This document shows positions 1 to 9,500 of a stretch of 64,000 nt of DNA, piece by piece (position 1 is the first letter of the stretch; the number at the start of each line of letters is the position of its first letter). The position numbers and the translations under genes are program-made. The stretch covers positions 261,916 to 325,915 of the forward strand of contig CAVRET010000001.1 in the NCBI GenBank assembly GCA_963720265.1. Reading direction: 5' to 3'. Below the pieces are notes generated by a model, which saw only the letters and a list, made by a program, of their open reading frames with translations, had not been told where the DNA came from and made no database searches. The stretch is from an uncultured bacterium. GTDB taxonomy: Bacteria; Patescibacteriota; Saccharimonadia; UBA4664.

Positions 1-110
1 TTGAGTTGGTGCAGTGACCGGGCAAATTCGGCTAATTCTCGCGCTTCGCCGGAGCTTGCTCCAGCTTGCCGCAGCTCCGCTTCGAGTGAATGGGCGTCGT
101 TATTCCCCAT
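1..110 (-). CDS. Partial gene overlapping the ECF sigma stop (MGNNDAHSLEAELRQ...), possible anti-sigma factor
   Basis: ATG at 110 overlaps the sigma factor 3' end, and the frame stays open to the window edge. The function is guessed from position only. Confidence 0.45.
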   Translation of the reverse strand, partial: MGNNDAHSLEAELRQAGASSGEARELAEFARSLHQL

Positions 111-603
111 TTTCTAAGACCTTTCTTAGTTTCCTGAGCGCTCTAAATTGCATGATTCGTACGTTGCCCTCAGAGACACCAAGTATTTCGCCCACCTCCC
201 GAGCCGATAATTCATCAATGAAGCGTAATATCACGACCGCCCGCAGCTCTTCGGGCAGCGTGTCCAACGACTTTCCAAGCAGCCAAACTCTCTTTTCGGC
301 ATCGTAGTCGTAAGGATCAGTGTTATCTGCGATTCGCTCGGTTAGTCCTGGCACGTCGTCCATGAAAAGATCCTTTTTCTTGCGCCAGTGATCGGTTAGC
401 AGATTACGAGCGATGCGGTACAACCAAGCCTGAGCCGACCCACCCTTAAAGCTCTTGCGTGATCCCCACGCCCGCTCGAATGTCGCGCTCGTCAGGTCTT
501 GTGCGAGAGTAGTATCCTTTGTCTGCCAGTACAAGAAGCGGTAAATCGCTTGGCCGTATTTTTGATAGGCTTCTTGAAAGCCTTCTTTGGAGTCCAGTTT
601 CAT
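100..603 (-). CDS. ECF-type RNA polymerase sigma factor
   Basis: 167 aa. Region 2 (AQDLTSATF..AWLYRIARN) and region 4 HTH (LSAREVGEILGVSEGNVRIMQFRALRKLR). Confidence 0.93.
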   Translation of the reverse strand: MKLDSKEGFQEAYQKYGQAIYRFLYWQTKDTTLAQDLTSATFERAWGSRKSFKGGSAQAWLYRIARNLLTDHWRKKKDLFMDDVPGLTERIADNTDPYDYDAEKRVWLLGKSLDTLPEELRAVVILRFIDELSAREVGEILGVSEGNVRIMQFRALRKLRKVLENGE

Positions 604-616
604 CCTCTGTTATGTA

Positions 617-643
617 TAACGAGTTGCCTGCCTAAATGTTACG
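617..643 (-). promoter_or_regulatory. Putative autoregulatory ECF promoter GTAAC-N16-CGTTA
   Basis: Matches the typical ECF -35 AAC / -10 CGT pattern and lies just upstream of the sigma gene. Confidence 0.6.
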
Positions 644-719
644 GGCATGTGTACATATTGCGAAGCATTCGAGTAAGGGCTTGGTGGCGTTAAACAGGAA
701 ATGACTGAATTACGGCGTT

Positions 720-756
720 GCTAGAGCCCTTGGGTAAAATGCCCAGGGGCTCTAGC
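720..756. terminator. Long hairpin downstream of the N-rich small gene
   Basis: GCTAGAGCCCTTGGGTA-AAA-TGCCCAGGGGCTCTAGC inverted repeat. Confidence 0.6.
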
Positions 757-804
757 GTTAACCGTTTGCGCTATTCAAGCGGCTGAGCGGCCAGCGGCTA
801 CTTA

Positions 805-1032
805 CTAATAATAGTTGCTATTGCCGTATTGCATATTGTTACCATTTCCGTAGTTGTTGCTACCGTTGCCGTACATCATTTGGTACCGCTTGCCGTTGCA
901 ATTAAAATCCTTGCCGTAACTCCCATAGTTGTTGTTTCTGTTCATCTGGCTGTAGTTGCTATTGCTAGCATAGCGCATGTTATTGTTGTATCCGTTGTTG
1001 CCATAATTTGGCATATTTGAATAGGCTATCAA
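805..1032 (-). CDS. Small Asn/Tyr/Gly-rich low-complexity protein (~75 aa)
   Basis: GAGGAGG SD before a TTG start at 1032 (alternative ATG at 1014), sequence MPNYGNNGYNNNMRY...GNSNYY, downstream hairpin. Confidence 0.6.
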   Translation of the reverse strand: MIAYSNMPNYGNNGYNNNMRYASNSNYSQMNRNNNYGSYGKDFNCNGKRYQMMYGNGSNNYGNGNNMQYGNSNYY

Positions 1033-1493
1033 GATACCCTCCTCACTTATATTATTTACTTGTTCGACTATGAGCTTGTTATCTGGGATTTGATTCATAA
1101 CCTTGGCAAAATAAGCTACAAAGTATGGGGTAACTTTTTGTGGCAACCGATGTAACGCCACTACCCTGGTTGAGCAGGACGGTCTAGAACCCGGGTTCGA
1201 TCCCGTTTTTGCTCGATAAATGCTGCAAACGTGCTGTAGCTTTGGCCGGCCCAAGCAGAATATATCTTCCCCAAAGATGAAGTGGAAAGGGAAGGCAATA
1301 TTGTACTGGAAGGAATCAGCCGTAGCTGCATATTTAGTCAAGACTTTACTGCTGCGATTGCGTTTCGGTCGTATAACTTGTCGGCACTGTAATGTGCTCG
1401 TTTTCGTAATTATAGGTAGTGTCGCTATTCACAAGACCCCCGGAATTTGAGACTTTCTCTAGGGTTCGGAACTTGTTGAAAGGTCATCTTAAG

Positions 1494-1522
1494 TTGACTT
1501 TGTACGGCATCAATCTTACAAT
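1494..1522 (+). promoter_or_regulatory. sigma70 promoter of the TA operon (leaderless)
   Basis: TTGACT-N17-TACAAT, then 6 nt to the ATG at 1529. Confidence 0.75.
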
Positions 1523-1528
1523 GTGACC

Positions 1529-1810
1529 ATGAAGACTACCACTATTAGTACCAAGGAAATACGTAATGATCTCGAAGGATTCTTGCGCAAATTGAAGAGT
1601 GGTCAGACGATTCAGGTGCTGTATCGCTCCAAGCCGTTCGTGACGGTAGCGGCAAAGAATGGCGTTGATCCGTATCAGAAAGATGACGCCGGCAGCCCGG
1701 TTGCGGCTAGGCGCAATGTTAAGTTCGTGAAATCTTTGCGGGATCGACCCGTCGTATTTTCTCCCTCCAAGAACTTCAAGGAGCTGTACGAGGATTCTCA
1801 GAGCTTGTGA
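1529..1810 (+). CDS. Phd/YefM-like antitoxin
   Basis: MKTTTISTKEIRNDLEGFLRKLKSGQTIQVLYRSKP N-terminus. Overlaps the PIN toxin by 4 nt. Confidence 0.8.
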   Translation: MKTTTISTKEIRNDLEGFLRKLKSGQTIQVLYRSKPFVTVAAKNGVDPYQKDDAGSPVAARRNVKFVKSLRDRPVVFSPSKNFKELYEDSQSL

Positions 1811-2187
1811 TTTTGCTCGACGCGAATATATTGCTTGAGATGCTGATTGCGGGGCGGCCTAAAAAGGCAGCCGTGTTTGATTGGATGGACGAAAACAAAG
1901 ACCAGTTCTGCGTCAGCATGCTGACGGTTCACTTAGTGCTTCATTTTGGGCTAAAAGACGGGCTAACGATAGCAGAACTAAAGACATTTCTTTCTGACTA
2001 TCCAAAAATGGGATTACTGCCCGAGGATTACGCCGCGGCCATAGACATGCTACGTGATGCAGATCACGAAGATGCGTTGCAGTTGGCCGTGGCTGAACGA
2101 GTAGGTTGTTCGAGTATCGTAACTCTCGACCAAAAGTTTGCACGTACGTATCAGGACAGACTAACATTCGTTACGCCTGGAAGTTAG
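1807..2187 (+). CDS. PIN-domain (VapC-like) toxin
   Basis: ILLDANIL, DHEDALQLAVA and IVTLDQKF PIN motifs. Confidence 0.88.
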   Translation: MILLDANILLEMLIAGRPKKAAVFDWMDENKDQFCVSMLTVHLVLHFGLKDGLTIAELKTFLSDYPKMGLLPEDYAAAIDMLRDADHEDALQLAVAERVGCSSIVTLDQKFARTYQDRLTFVTPGS

Positions 2188-2204
2188 CCAAGGCAAACGG
2201 CGGC

Positions 2205-2477
2205 TTACAACTTCGTAAATCTGGGGACCGCTTTGCCTTCCCGCTCAACTCGCTCTAACCATACTGTCAGCGGGCGTGGAAATGTCAGTCGTTCGCCATA
2301 TTGTGCTACGTAGATAACACAAAGTTCATCATTGGCTCCTAAAAATCCTAGACCTACAATTTCATAAGCCTTGTCCTTACCCTTGTAGTGCCAATACTGA
2401 GCTCCGACTCTAATCTTAGTTTTAGCGTCGTCTATTTCTCTTTTTAATTCGGGCTGCTCTTTATCAGTTCTTCCTAT
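2205..2477 (-). CDS. DUF1653-family protein, apparent ATA start or mutated start
   Basis: YWHYKG..YEIVG..VIY..RPL..W..RF motif. TATAAT-6nt-ATA at the expected start position. Confidence 0.65.
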   Translation of the reverse strand: MGRTDKEQPELKREIDDAKTKIRVGAQYWHYKGKDKAYEIVGLGFLGANDELCVIYVAQYGERLTFPRPLTVWLERVEREGKAVPRFTKL

Positions 2478-2983
2478 GGCGAAATTATAGCGAACAAAAG
2501 GACTTCCGAAGAAGTCTTTCATAGTGCTTGTGCTTTGGCTGGGGTGGCAGTATTTATTCCAAACGTTTGAGGATGATACTGATGTCAACGTAGTGGAAAG
2601 TCGCCAGCTGCTAGAGGACGCCGATGATTCCGACAGGTTACTATTTAAGCGGTAACATCATTTAGAAAGTCAAAGAGTAGTCCATTCATTTCACTGTAGT
2701 TATGGTTTCTCAACTGTTCGGCGGTTTCAACATACGTCAAACCCCTATAGCTTTCTAGCTCACGAGGCACTATTTTCTATCATTCCATTAATCGCTTCAA
2801 TCGTGAACTCAAAGTGATTGCCTGGCTGAGCATGACGGCCTAGAACTCGGCTGAGTATTTTAAATGCGAAAGTGAGAAACTGATTTCCCTAAAGGTAGCC
2901 GAGCTTCTTAAAAGAAACGACTCCCGGTGGCCATAGCTTATATTCTGGCAATTTTTTAATACCAAATGACTTATGATAACCGT

Positions 2984-3943
2984 ATGCTTTTACTGCAAAA
3001 ATTAGGCCGCAGTCGCTACGTGCAAGCCGCACTCGTAGTGGGCTTAGTTGTCGTCCTGGGTTACATCATCCATGCTAGTCATGCCGCCACCTTGGTCGGA
3101 GATCTTAATGGTGATGATGCCGTTAATGTCTTTGACCTTTCTATTCTGTTATCTAATTGGAATACCGTAGATCCCGCTATCCAAACCAACCTTGGGAGAA
3201 GTACTACCGAAGCGGTTGGTATCTTTGACTTATCAGTCTTACTCTCCAACTGGGGTCAAACTGGTTCCACTCCAACTGCTACTCCCATTCCTACTGCAAC
3301 TCCCACTCCCACAGTTGCCTTCGTTCAGGCTGACGACACTGGCAGCTTCAACGGCAACGACACCAGCATCGGTAGTGGCACGTACAACCAAGTGCTCGCT
3401 CACGCCACGGGTATAGGCCACACCGTTATTCTCGTAATCCAGACCTTGACCGACCCTGGCACTCAGACGGACACCGTCCAAAGCATCTCTTCAGGGATGG
3501 GTACCTTCCACTTCGTCAACTCGTACAACGATGGTGCTGATAACGAGATATGGATTTGCAATGATACAACTGGCGCGGCCGATACGATGACAGTGAACAC
3601 GTCGACCAACGCGTGGGATGCCTTTGCCATAGAGTTCAACCAACCCGCTACCGGTTTCGTTAATGGCGGTGGCCAGGTTGCTACTCTGGACTACCTGGCT
3701 AACCAGAGCTGGACTCTCTCGCCTGGAGCAGCTGGCAATGTCGCTTTTGTTGCGGTTGACACGGCTGATGCCTACGAGACCGACCCATCTTCACCTTGGA
3801 CCTCCTACGACAAGGGGTACTGGGCCTTCGACAACGGGACTTCGGCGGCTTGGCAAGTGGCTTCGTCAGCATCTCCCGTCACTGCTACTTGGGAACAAGA
3901 CGGCGGCTTGGTTAGCTCTCAGGGTGTGGTGGTTGAGTATTAG
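2984..3943 (+). CDS. Membrane-anchored/secreted protein with dockerin-like repeats, PT linker and beta-rich C-terminal domain
   Basis: N-terminal TM helix, GDLNGDDAVNVFDLSILLSNW repeated twice, TPTATPIPTATPTPT linker. Confidence 0.8.
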   Translation: MLLLQKLGRSRYVQAALVVGLVVVLGYIIHASHAATLVGDLNGDDAVNVFDLSILLSNWNTVDPAIQTNLGRSTTEAVGIFDLSVLLSNWGQTGSTPTATPIPTATPTPTVAFVQADDTGSFNGNDTSIGSGTYNQVLAHATGIGHTVILVIQTLTDPGTQTDTVQSISSGMGTFHFVNSYNDGADNEIWICNDTTGAADTMTVNTSTNAWDAFAIEFNQPATGFVNGGGQVATLDYLANQSWTLSPGAAGNVAFVAVDTADAYETDPSSPWTSYDKGYWAFDNGTSAAWQVASSASPVTATWEQDGGLVSSQGVVVEY

Positions 3944-4253
3944 GAAGCAGTCGCAGGAGAATGTGATGTGCCCGAGGTCAAAGCCCTGATCGTTAGCGAT
4001 GGACTCTCGGGTCGTTCTCGCCCTCTGAGGAATTTTGAGAAGGAAAGGACCGGTCACCGAACCCGGTCTTTAAGATTAATGCTTACTTTGGCTGGCGCGG
4101 TATCCCTCAGGTGGAACCAAATGTATCCAAGTCTGCTTGTAACGCATCGCAAATTGAGAGAATTGGGCCTTGATCCTGGTGACGAGCGATGCTAGCCCTC
4201 GAGGATATCATCCTTGAAGCTGTTGTCGGGCGAGACATTAAACTCAAACAATT

Positions 4254-4541
4254 TCATATCCCACTATATTCATATTCATGGCCGGGACAGATAACAAATA
4301 CATCGCCTTGGGCCATTTCATAAACTTTCGTGTCCAAAATGAATGTGCCCGTGCCTTCGGCAACGAAATAGACGCGCGTGGTATCGATCATTCGTTTTCG
4401 GGGATGCCGACCCTTAACCGTGACAAGCAGCGCGTTAAAACCGGCTTTCATTTCTCGGGTGATATACTCTTGGCCCGAGAAGCCACCTGCGTCAAAGGAA
4501 TCGGTGTCTTCGAGAGCAACTTTTCTGGTGATGTCTTTCAT
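4254..4541 (-). CDS. Cupin-domain protein
   Basis: VYFVAEGTGTF..GDVFVICPGHEYEY cupin motifs. Confidence 0.8.
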   Translation of the reverse strand: MKDITRKVALEDTDSFDAGGFSGQEYITREMKAGFNALLVTVKGRHPRKRMIDTTRVYFVAEGTGTFILDTKVYEMAQGDVFVICPGHEYEYSGI

Positions 4542-4637
4542 GAGTGCAAGTATAGCAAGCTTTGGTTCCAGACCCGGATACCGCGCCGCTCCTTAGGGTT
4601 AGAACCCAATCAACAGATGGAAAAGTTGAAACAAATT

Positions 4638-4665
4638 AAAAAGGCCTCGGAATTGGAGGGCCTTT
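4638..4665 (-). terminator. Rho-independent terminator after the tRNA
   Basis: AAAGGCC..GGCCTTT stem with a U tract on the minus strand. Confidence 0.6.
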
Positions 4666-4683
4666 CTATCTGTAATAATGCCT

Positions 4684-4758
4684 TGGCTGGGGCGGCAGGG
4701 TTCGAACCTGCGTATCACGGGACCAAAACCCGTTGCCTTACCACTTGGCTACGCCCCA
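4684..4758 (-). tRNA. tRNA-Gln (anticodon TTG)
   Basis: TGGGGCGTAGCCAAGTGGTAAGGCA-ACGGG TTTTGGT CCCGT-...GGTTCGAACCC...CCCCAGCCA cloverleaf with encoded CCA. Confidence 0.96.
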
Positions 4759-4811
4759 CTGTTCCGGCCACTGACGGACGAACGGACTGATTTTAGCTTA
4801 TACTGAGAGCT

Positions 4812-6497
4812 ATGGCAAACTCTAAGCGGAAGCTCATTGAAGGAAAATACGAGAGTCCTTCCGCCAGACGTCAAGCCGAATGGCCGGTGCGGTTGGTGGC
4901 CGCGCTGGTGTTTTTGAATGGGCTGTTTGCGATCCTTGAGGTGCTGTATAGCCGGCTGAGCCTGAGATTAGAGAGTTTCCTGCCGATTGACTATGAGTAC
5001 TACGGGCGGTTTTTTGGATTGTTTGCCGGACTGCTGCTCATGTACTTTTCCGGGCGGCTGCTGGCCAGGAAGCAACTGGCATGGTGGATCGCCTTCGTAG
5101 CGTCGGCGCTGATTGTGCTTGACCATGCGCTGCTGTCGCGGCATGCGACAGCGCTGCTGTTGCCCTCGGTGACGCTGGCGCTACTCGCGATTTACAAGGA
5201 AGAGTTTGTGGTGCGCAGCGAGCCGACGAATATCGCTCAGGGTGTTAAGCTGCTCGCGCTATCGCTCGGCATTGCTTTGGCGTACGGGACGATTGGTTTT
5301 GTGAAGCTACTGCCGCGTGATTTTCGGCCGCCTCAGCAAATTACATGGAGTGAAGCGGTGGTGCGGACCGTGCGCGAGTATACGTTGGTGGGGAATACCG
5401 ACCTGGTGCCGCGAACGGCGGAGGCAAAATTCTTCTTAACATCGTTGGATGTGTTTGGAGCAGCGTCGATTGGGCTGGCGTTTTACAGCTTGTTCCGGCC
5501 GCTGGCATACCGGTTTGCGACCTTGCCGGCCGAGCGGGCGCGGGCGCGGGAATTACTGGAGCGCTATGGTAACTCAAGTGAAGACGCGTTTAAGTTATGG
5601 CCCGAGGATAAGAGCTACTTTTTTCTGGGCGACGGCTTTATTGCGTACCGGGTAGAGCTTGGTGTGGCCGTGGCGCTAGGCGAGCCGGTGGCGGCAGAAG
5701 GAGCGCACGCGGCTGTGGTGCAGGCGTTCCGCGAGTACTGCCAGCTGCACGGCTGGCAGGTGGCATTTGTCTACGTAAAGCCGGAGCAACTAGGTATATT
5801 TGAGCGCGCCGGTTTGAGGCCGCTGAAAATCGGTGAGGATGCGATTGTTGATACAGCCCATTTTGAGGACGACGTCGTGCACAATAAGCACTTTCGAGCT
5901 GTTACCAACAAATTTAAGCGGCTGGGATATGAGTTTGCGGTATCGGATCCGCCGCATGGACAGGGTGTTTTGAATGAGGCAGCGGCCGTGACGCGCGCTT
6001 GGCTTAACAGCGACGGCCGGGTAGAGCGCGGATTTGGGCTTGGCTATCACGAGCACGGATATTTGCAACGATCACGGCTGTATTTGGTGTATGACGGCGA
6101 GCATCGGCTAGCGGCCTTTGCCAACGGCGTGACATCGTATAACCCCAGGCAGGAAACCATTGACCTGATGCGCTACGTGCCCGGTACTGAAACCGGTGTG
6201 ATGGACCGGCTGTTCGTCGGTATCGTCGGCGCGTTGGCGGTGCGCGGGATAGCGGAATTTAGCCTGGGTCTGGCGCCGCTGGTGGGCGTGGGTAAAGGTG
6301 ACGAGCCAACGCCGGAGGAGCGCGCGATCGGCAGTCTGGCGCGCTTGGGAGGGCGGTCGTTTTCGTTTGACGGTTTGCGGCGATTTAAAGACAAGTTTGA
6401 GCCGCGCTGGGAAGAGCGCTACCTGGTATACGAACGTGGCCCGGTGGGGTTGGCTCTAACGGCAGCCGCGGTGAGGGCGGCGATGAAACCGCGCTAA
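4812..6497 (+). CDS. MprF/LysX-like aminoacyl-phosphatidylglycerol synthase (TM region + DUF2156)
   Basis: DKSYFF, IDLMRY, FSLGLAPL and GLRRFKDKFEPRWEERYLVY motifs. Confidence 0.88.
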   Translation: MANSKRKLIEGKYESPSARRQAEWPVRLVAALVFLNGLFAILEVLYSRLSLRLESFLPIDYEYYGRFFGLFAGLLLMYFSGRLLARKQLAWWIAFVASALIVLDHALLSRHATALLLPSVTLALLAIYKEEFVVRSEPTNIAQGVKLLALSLGIALAYGTIGFVKLLPRDFRPPQQITWSEAVVRTVREYTLVGNTDLVPRTAEAKFFLTSLDVFGAASIGLAFYSLFRPLAYRFATLPAERARARELLERYGNSSEDAFKLWPEDKSYFFLGDGFIAYRVELGVAVALGEPVAAEGAHAAVVQAFREYCQLHGWQVAFVYVKPEQLGIFERAGLRPLKIGEDAIVDTAHFEDDVVHNKHFRAVTNKFKRLGYEFAVSDPPHGQGVLNEAAAVTRAWLNSDGRVERGFGLGYHEHGYLQRSRLYLVYDGEHRLAAFANGVTSYNPRQETIDLMRYVPGTETGVMDRLFVGIVGALAVRGIAEFSLGLAPLVGVGKGDEPTPEERAIGSLARLGGRSFSFDGLRRFKDKFEPRWEERYLVYERGPVGLALTAAAVRAAMKPR

Positions 6498-6560
6498 ACG
6501 TCGGCCGGCGCCTGGCCGTCGGTTGCGAAGCTACCGGCCTTATGCCACGATGAACGTGTT

Positions 6561-7613
6561 ATGACGCAACAATCCTCGGTGTCAGCGCGCACCATTCTCA
6601 AAGTTTTGAGCTTAACGGCCGGGTTTGTGTTACTGCTCATGGTTGCCTATATGACGAGGCGGGAACTGGTGTGGATTGGTGTGGCGTTTTTCCTGGCGGT
6701 GGCGCTTAATCCGGCTGTGGACTGGTTTGTGCGGCGGGCCCGGATGAACCGAGGGCTGGCGGCCGGTGCGGTGTTTGCCGGCATGCTGGCCGTGTTTGCG
6801 TTTATCGCGGTCACACTTGTGCCGCCGGTGATCCGACAGAGCGAGCAATTGGTTACCAATGTACCGGGTTACGCCAGTGAGCTGGTGAACGGTAATACGG
6901 TGATAAGCCGGCAAGTGCGATCGCTGGGACTCGCGAACGAGATACAGTCGAGCCAAAATGAGCTGTTGCATTATGCGACCGGCGCGGGCGGGTCGGTATT
7001 TAAGATCGTACAGGGCATATTTTCGAGCTTCGCTGCCGGCATAACGATCATCTTTTTGACCTATTTCATGCTTTTGGAGGGACCGGGCTGGTTGGCGCAA
7101 TTTTGGAGGCTGGTGCCGGAGCGAAGGCGGGAACACGGCCAACATTTGGCCGCCCAAATGTATCGTGCCGTCACCGGCTATGTGACCGGCAATTTACTGA
7201 CGAGTTTGCTGGTAGCACTGCTGGTGGCCACGATGCTGACATTGGTGCGGGTGCCGTTTGCCGTGCCACTGGGCATTCTGGTGGGCTTGTTTGATCTCTT
7301 GCCACTGGTGGGTGCGACAATTGGTGCCATAGTTGTGGTCGCGGCCGCGCTGTTTGCATCATTTGCAGCGGCTGTTATTATGACGATTTTTTTCGTGGTC
7401 TATCAGCAGATTGAAAATCATGTGCTGCAGCCGATCATTTATGGCAGGACAGTGCAGATGTCGCCGCTAACGGTGCTGGTATCAATATTGCTAGGCGCGG
7501 GGCTGGCTGGCATTATCGGCGCGATTGTGGCAATCCCGGTTGGCGCGAGCGTGCAGATTTTGCTCAAAGATTTCGTGGCTACAAGGTCGAAGGATCAGCC
7601 GCCGGCTCATTAA
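6561..7613 (+). CDS. AI-2E (PerM) family transporter
   Basis: Multi-TM. LPLVGA, QQIENHVLQPII and GIIGAIVAIP motifs. Confidence 0.9.
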   Translation: MTQQSSVSARTILKVLSLTAGFVLLLMVAYMTRRELVWIGVAFFLAVALNPAVDWFVRRARMNRGLAAGAVFAGMLAVFAFIAVTLVPPVIRQSEQLVTNVPGYASELVNGNTVISRQVRSLGLANEIQSSQNELLHYATGAGGSVFKIVQGIFSSFAAGITIIFLTYFMLLEGPGWLAQFWRLVPERRREHGQHLAAQMYRAVTGYVTGNLLTSLLVALLVATMLTLVRVPFAVPLGILVGLFDLLPLVGATIGAIVVVAAALFASFAAAVIMTIFFVVYQQIENHVLQPIIYGRTVQMSPLTVLVSILLGAGLAGIIGAIVAIPVGASVQILLKDFVATRSKDQPPAH

Positions 7614-9372
7614 CGGCGATGCCAAAGGCTTTGAGCTTGGCTTTATTGGCGGCGGTGGGCTGTTGCAGCGCCAGGAGTTCGGCGTAGACTCCGTGCCCGA
7701 GTGCTAGCTCGTGCGGTGCGCCCTGTTCGGTGATGCGGCCTTGTTCAAGACTGACAATGGTATCAACCGCGGCAATGGTGGACAAACGGTGGGCAATGAT
7801 GAGCGTGGTGCGGTGCTTCATGAGTTCATTGAGAGCTGCTTGCACCTCATGCTCGGCCTTGGAGTCGAGCGAGCTAGTGGCCTCGTCAAGAATGAGGATC
7901 GGTGCATCTTTGAGCAGAGCACGGGCAATGGCAATACGCTGTTTTTGCCCTCCGGAAAGCTTAATTCCCCGCTCGCCGATTTCGGTGTCATAACCTTTTG
8001 GCAAGCCTTCGATAAACCCTGCGGCATTGGCAGCTCTGGCCACTGCCTTGATTTGCTCGGGTGAGGCATGCGGGGTGCCGTAGGCAATGTTTTCCCGCAC
8101 TGTACCGGAAAATAGGGCCGGCTCCTGGAATACTACCGCGATGTGTTCACGTAGCGATTGTTGGCTGACGCTCGCGATATCGGTGCCATCAATGAGAATG
8201 CGACCGCCGGTGAGATTGTAGAGTCGCATGAGCAGGTTGGTAATAGTGGTTTTACCCTGGCCGCTCTCCCCTACCAGCGCTAGCTTGCTGTCGGGTTTGA
8301 TGGTAAACGAGATGTCGTGTAGCACCTGTTCGCCGCCGGCATAGGCAAAGTCGACGTGCTCAAACTCGATCCGGCCTTTCGTAACACCCAGCGACCCCGC
8401 GTCCGGTGCGTCTTGCACGCTCGGCGTCGTTCCCATGACCCCGAAGAAATCACGGGAGCCGGCCGAGGCGCGCTGAATGTTATCGACCACAAACGAGGCT
8501 GCAAACAGCGGAAATTGAGCCGAAGTGGCGAGCTGAATGAGCAAGGTGAAGTCGCCCAGGGAGTAGCGGCCGTGGAGTGTTTCCAAAATAATGTAGGCAT
8601 AGACGCCGAAGAAAATAACGTTGAGTCCGAGCCGGCGCACCACGTCGTACCAATGCCATTCGACCGATTGCTCCTTCGTTTGTTCCTCGATGAGCCGGCG
8701 CTGGTGGCCAAAGAATCGGCTCTCAACCACCTCGGTCACGTAGGCCTTTACTGCCCGTATGCCGGTAATGCTCTCAATAAAGCGGCCCTGGCTGATGTCG
8801 ATATCACGGTTGATGCCCTCCTGTTTGCTCTGCCAGCCGCGGCTTGAGAGCGCGGTCAGCCAGATATAAAACGGAAATAGTGCGGCCAGCAATAGCGCTA
8901 CAGGCCAGGCGTAAAATGCCAGGATAATGAGCGTGATGGCGGCGGTTAAAAAGAAGCCTACAAAGTTGTTGGCAAAGGCGTTCATGAGGTTAGAAATGGT
9001 CGTGATGCTGCGCTCGAGGCGGCTCGTGATTTTGCCCGTGACCTCGTTGTCGTAGTACTCGAGCGGGAGCTGCAAGATATGATCGTAGTAACGCTGCGAC
9101 AGCAGCGAGTTGAGTTTGGCAGCCAGGCGATCGCCAATGTAGCCTTGAATGTTCGAGAATATTGTGACGGCAATACTTACCACGAACACGATGACCAGCA
9201 GCCACATAAAGTAGCTGGTGGCGCGGTGGGCCTGGATGCCGTCGACCGCGAATTTGAGAACGAACGGCACTACTTGGTTGAGCAGCGACACAATAACGAC
9301 GAGAATCGTGCTCCAGACGTAATACGGCTTGAGCTCCCACGAGTAGCGAATAATTTTAATAATGTCTTTCAT
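7579..9372 (-). CDS. ABC exporter, fused permease/ATP-binding
   Basis: GESGQGKTT, LSGGQKQRIAIARA, DEATSSLD, N-terminal TMD. Confidence 0.95.
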   Translation of the reverse strand: MKDIIKIIRYSWELKPYYVWSTILVVIVSLLNQVVPFVLKFAVDGIQAHRATSYFMWLLVIVFVVSIAVTIFSNIQGYIGDRLAAKLNSLLSQRYYDHILQLPLEYYDNEVTGKITSRLERSITTISNLMNAFANNFVGFFLTAAITLIILAFYAWPVALLLAALFPFYIWLTALSSRGWQSKQEGINRDIDISQGRFIESITGIRAVKAYVTEVVESRFFGHQRRLIEEQTKEQSVEWHWYDVVRRLGLNVIFFGVYAYIILETLHGRYSLGDFTLLIQLATSAQFPLFAASFVVDNIQRASAGSRDFFGVMGTTPSVQDAPDAGSLGVTKGRIEFEHVDFAYAGGEQVLHDISFTIKPDSKLALVGESGQGKTTITNLLMRLYNLTGGRILIDGTDIASVSQQSLREHIAVVFQEPALFSGTVRENIAYGTPHASPEQIKAVARAANAAGFIEGLPKGYDTEIGERGIKLSGGQKQRIAIARALLKDAPILILDEATSSLDSKAEHEVQAALNELMKHRTTLIIAHRLSTIAAVDTIVSLEQGRITEQGAPHELALGHGVYAELLALQQPTAANKAKLKAFGIAVNEPAADPSTL

Positions 9373-9500
9373 AATGTGATTGTCTCGTGATTCTCAGCTC
9401 GCGCCAAGCGGAATGTGATGATTACTAATACTCCGACCAGGACCACACTCCATTGGTGTGGCCCTGGTCGTGTCGTGGGTCGGCCGAGCACGTCAGCGAA

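Noticed and set aside
1185-1215. GGGTTCGATCCC, resembling a tRNA/tmRNA T-arm
   Set aside because: No acceptor stem, D-arm or CCA end. It is better explained as part of a hairpin.
1300-1325. GGAAGGAATCAGC, resembling the SRP RNA motif
   Set aside because: The upstream CAGG half and the enclosing helix are missing.
2590-2960. Possible gene remnants in the AT-rich spacer (also 3968-4250)
   Set aside because: Only short frames with no recognisable motif.
1-4684. Integrative island at the tRNA-Gln 3' end
   Set aside because: The genes are accessory-like, but no integrase or duplicated tRNA end is visible in this window.
4278-4790. 170-aa plus-strand ORF and many other antisense ORFs in the track
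   Set aside because: They are shadow frames overlapping the tRNA or well-supported genes.
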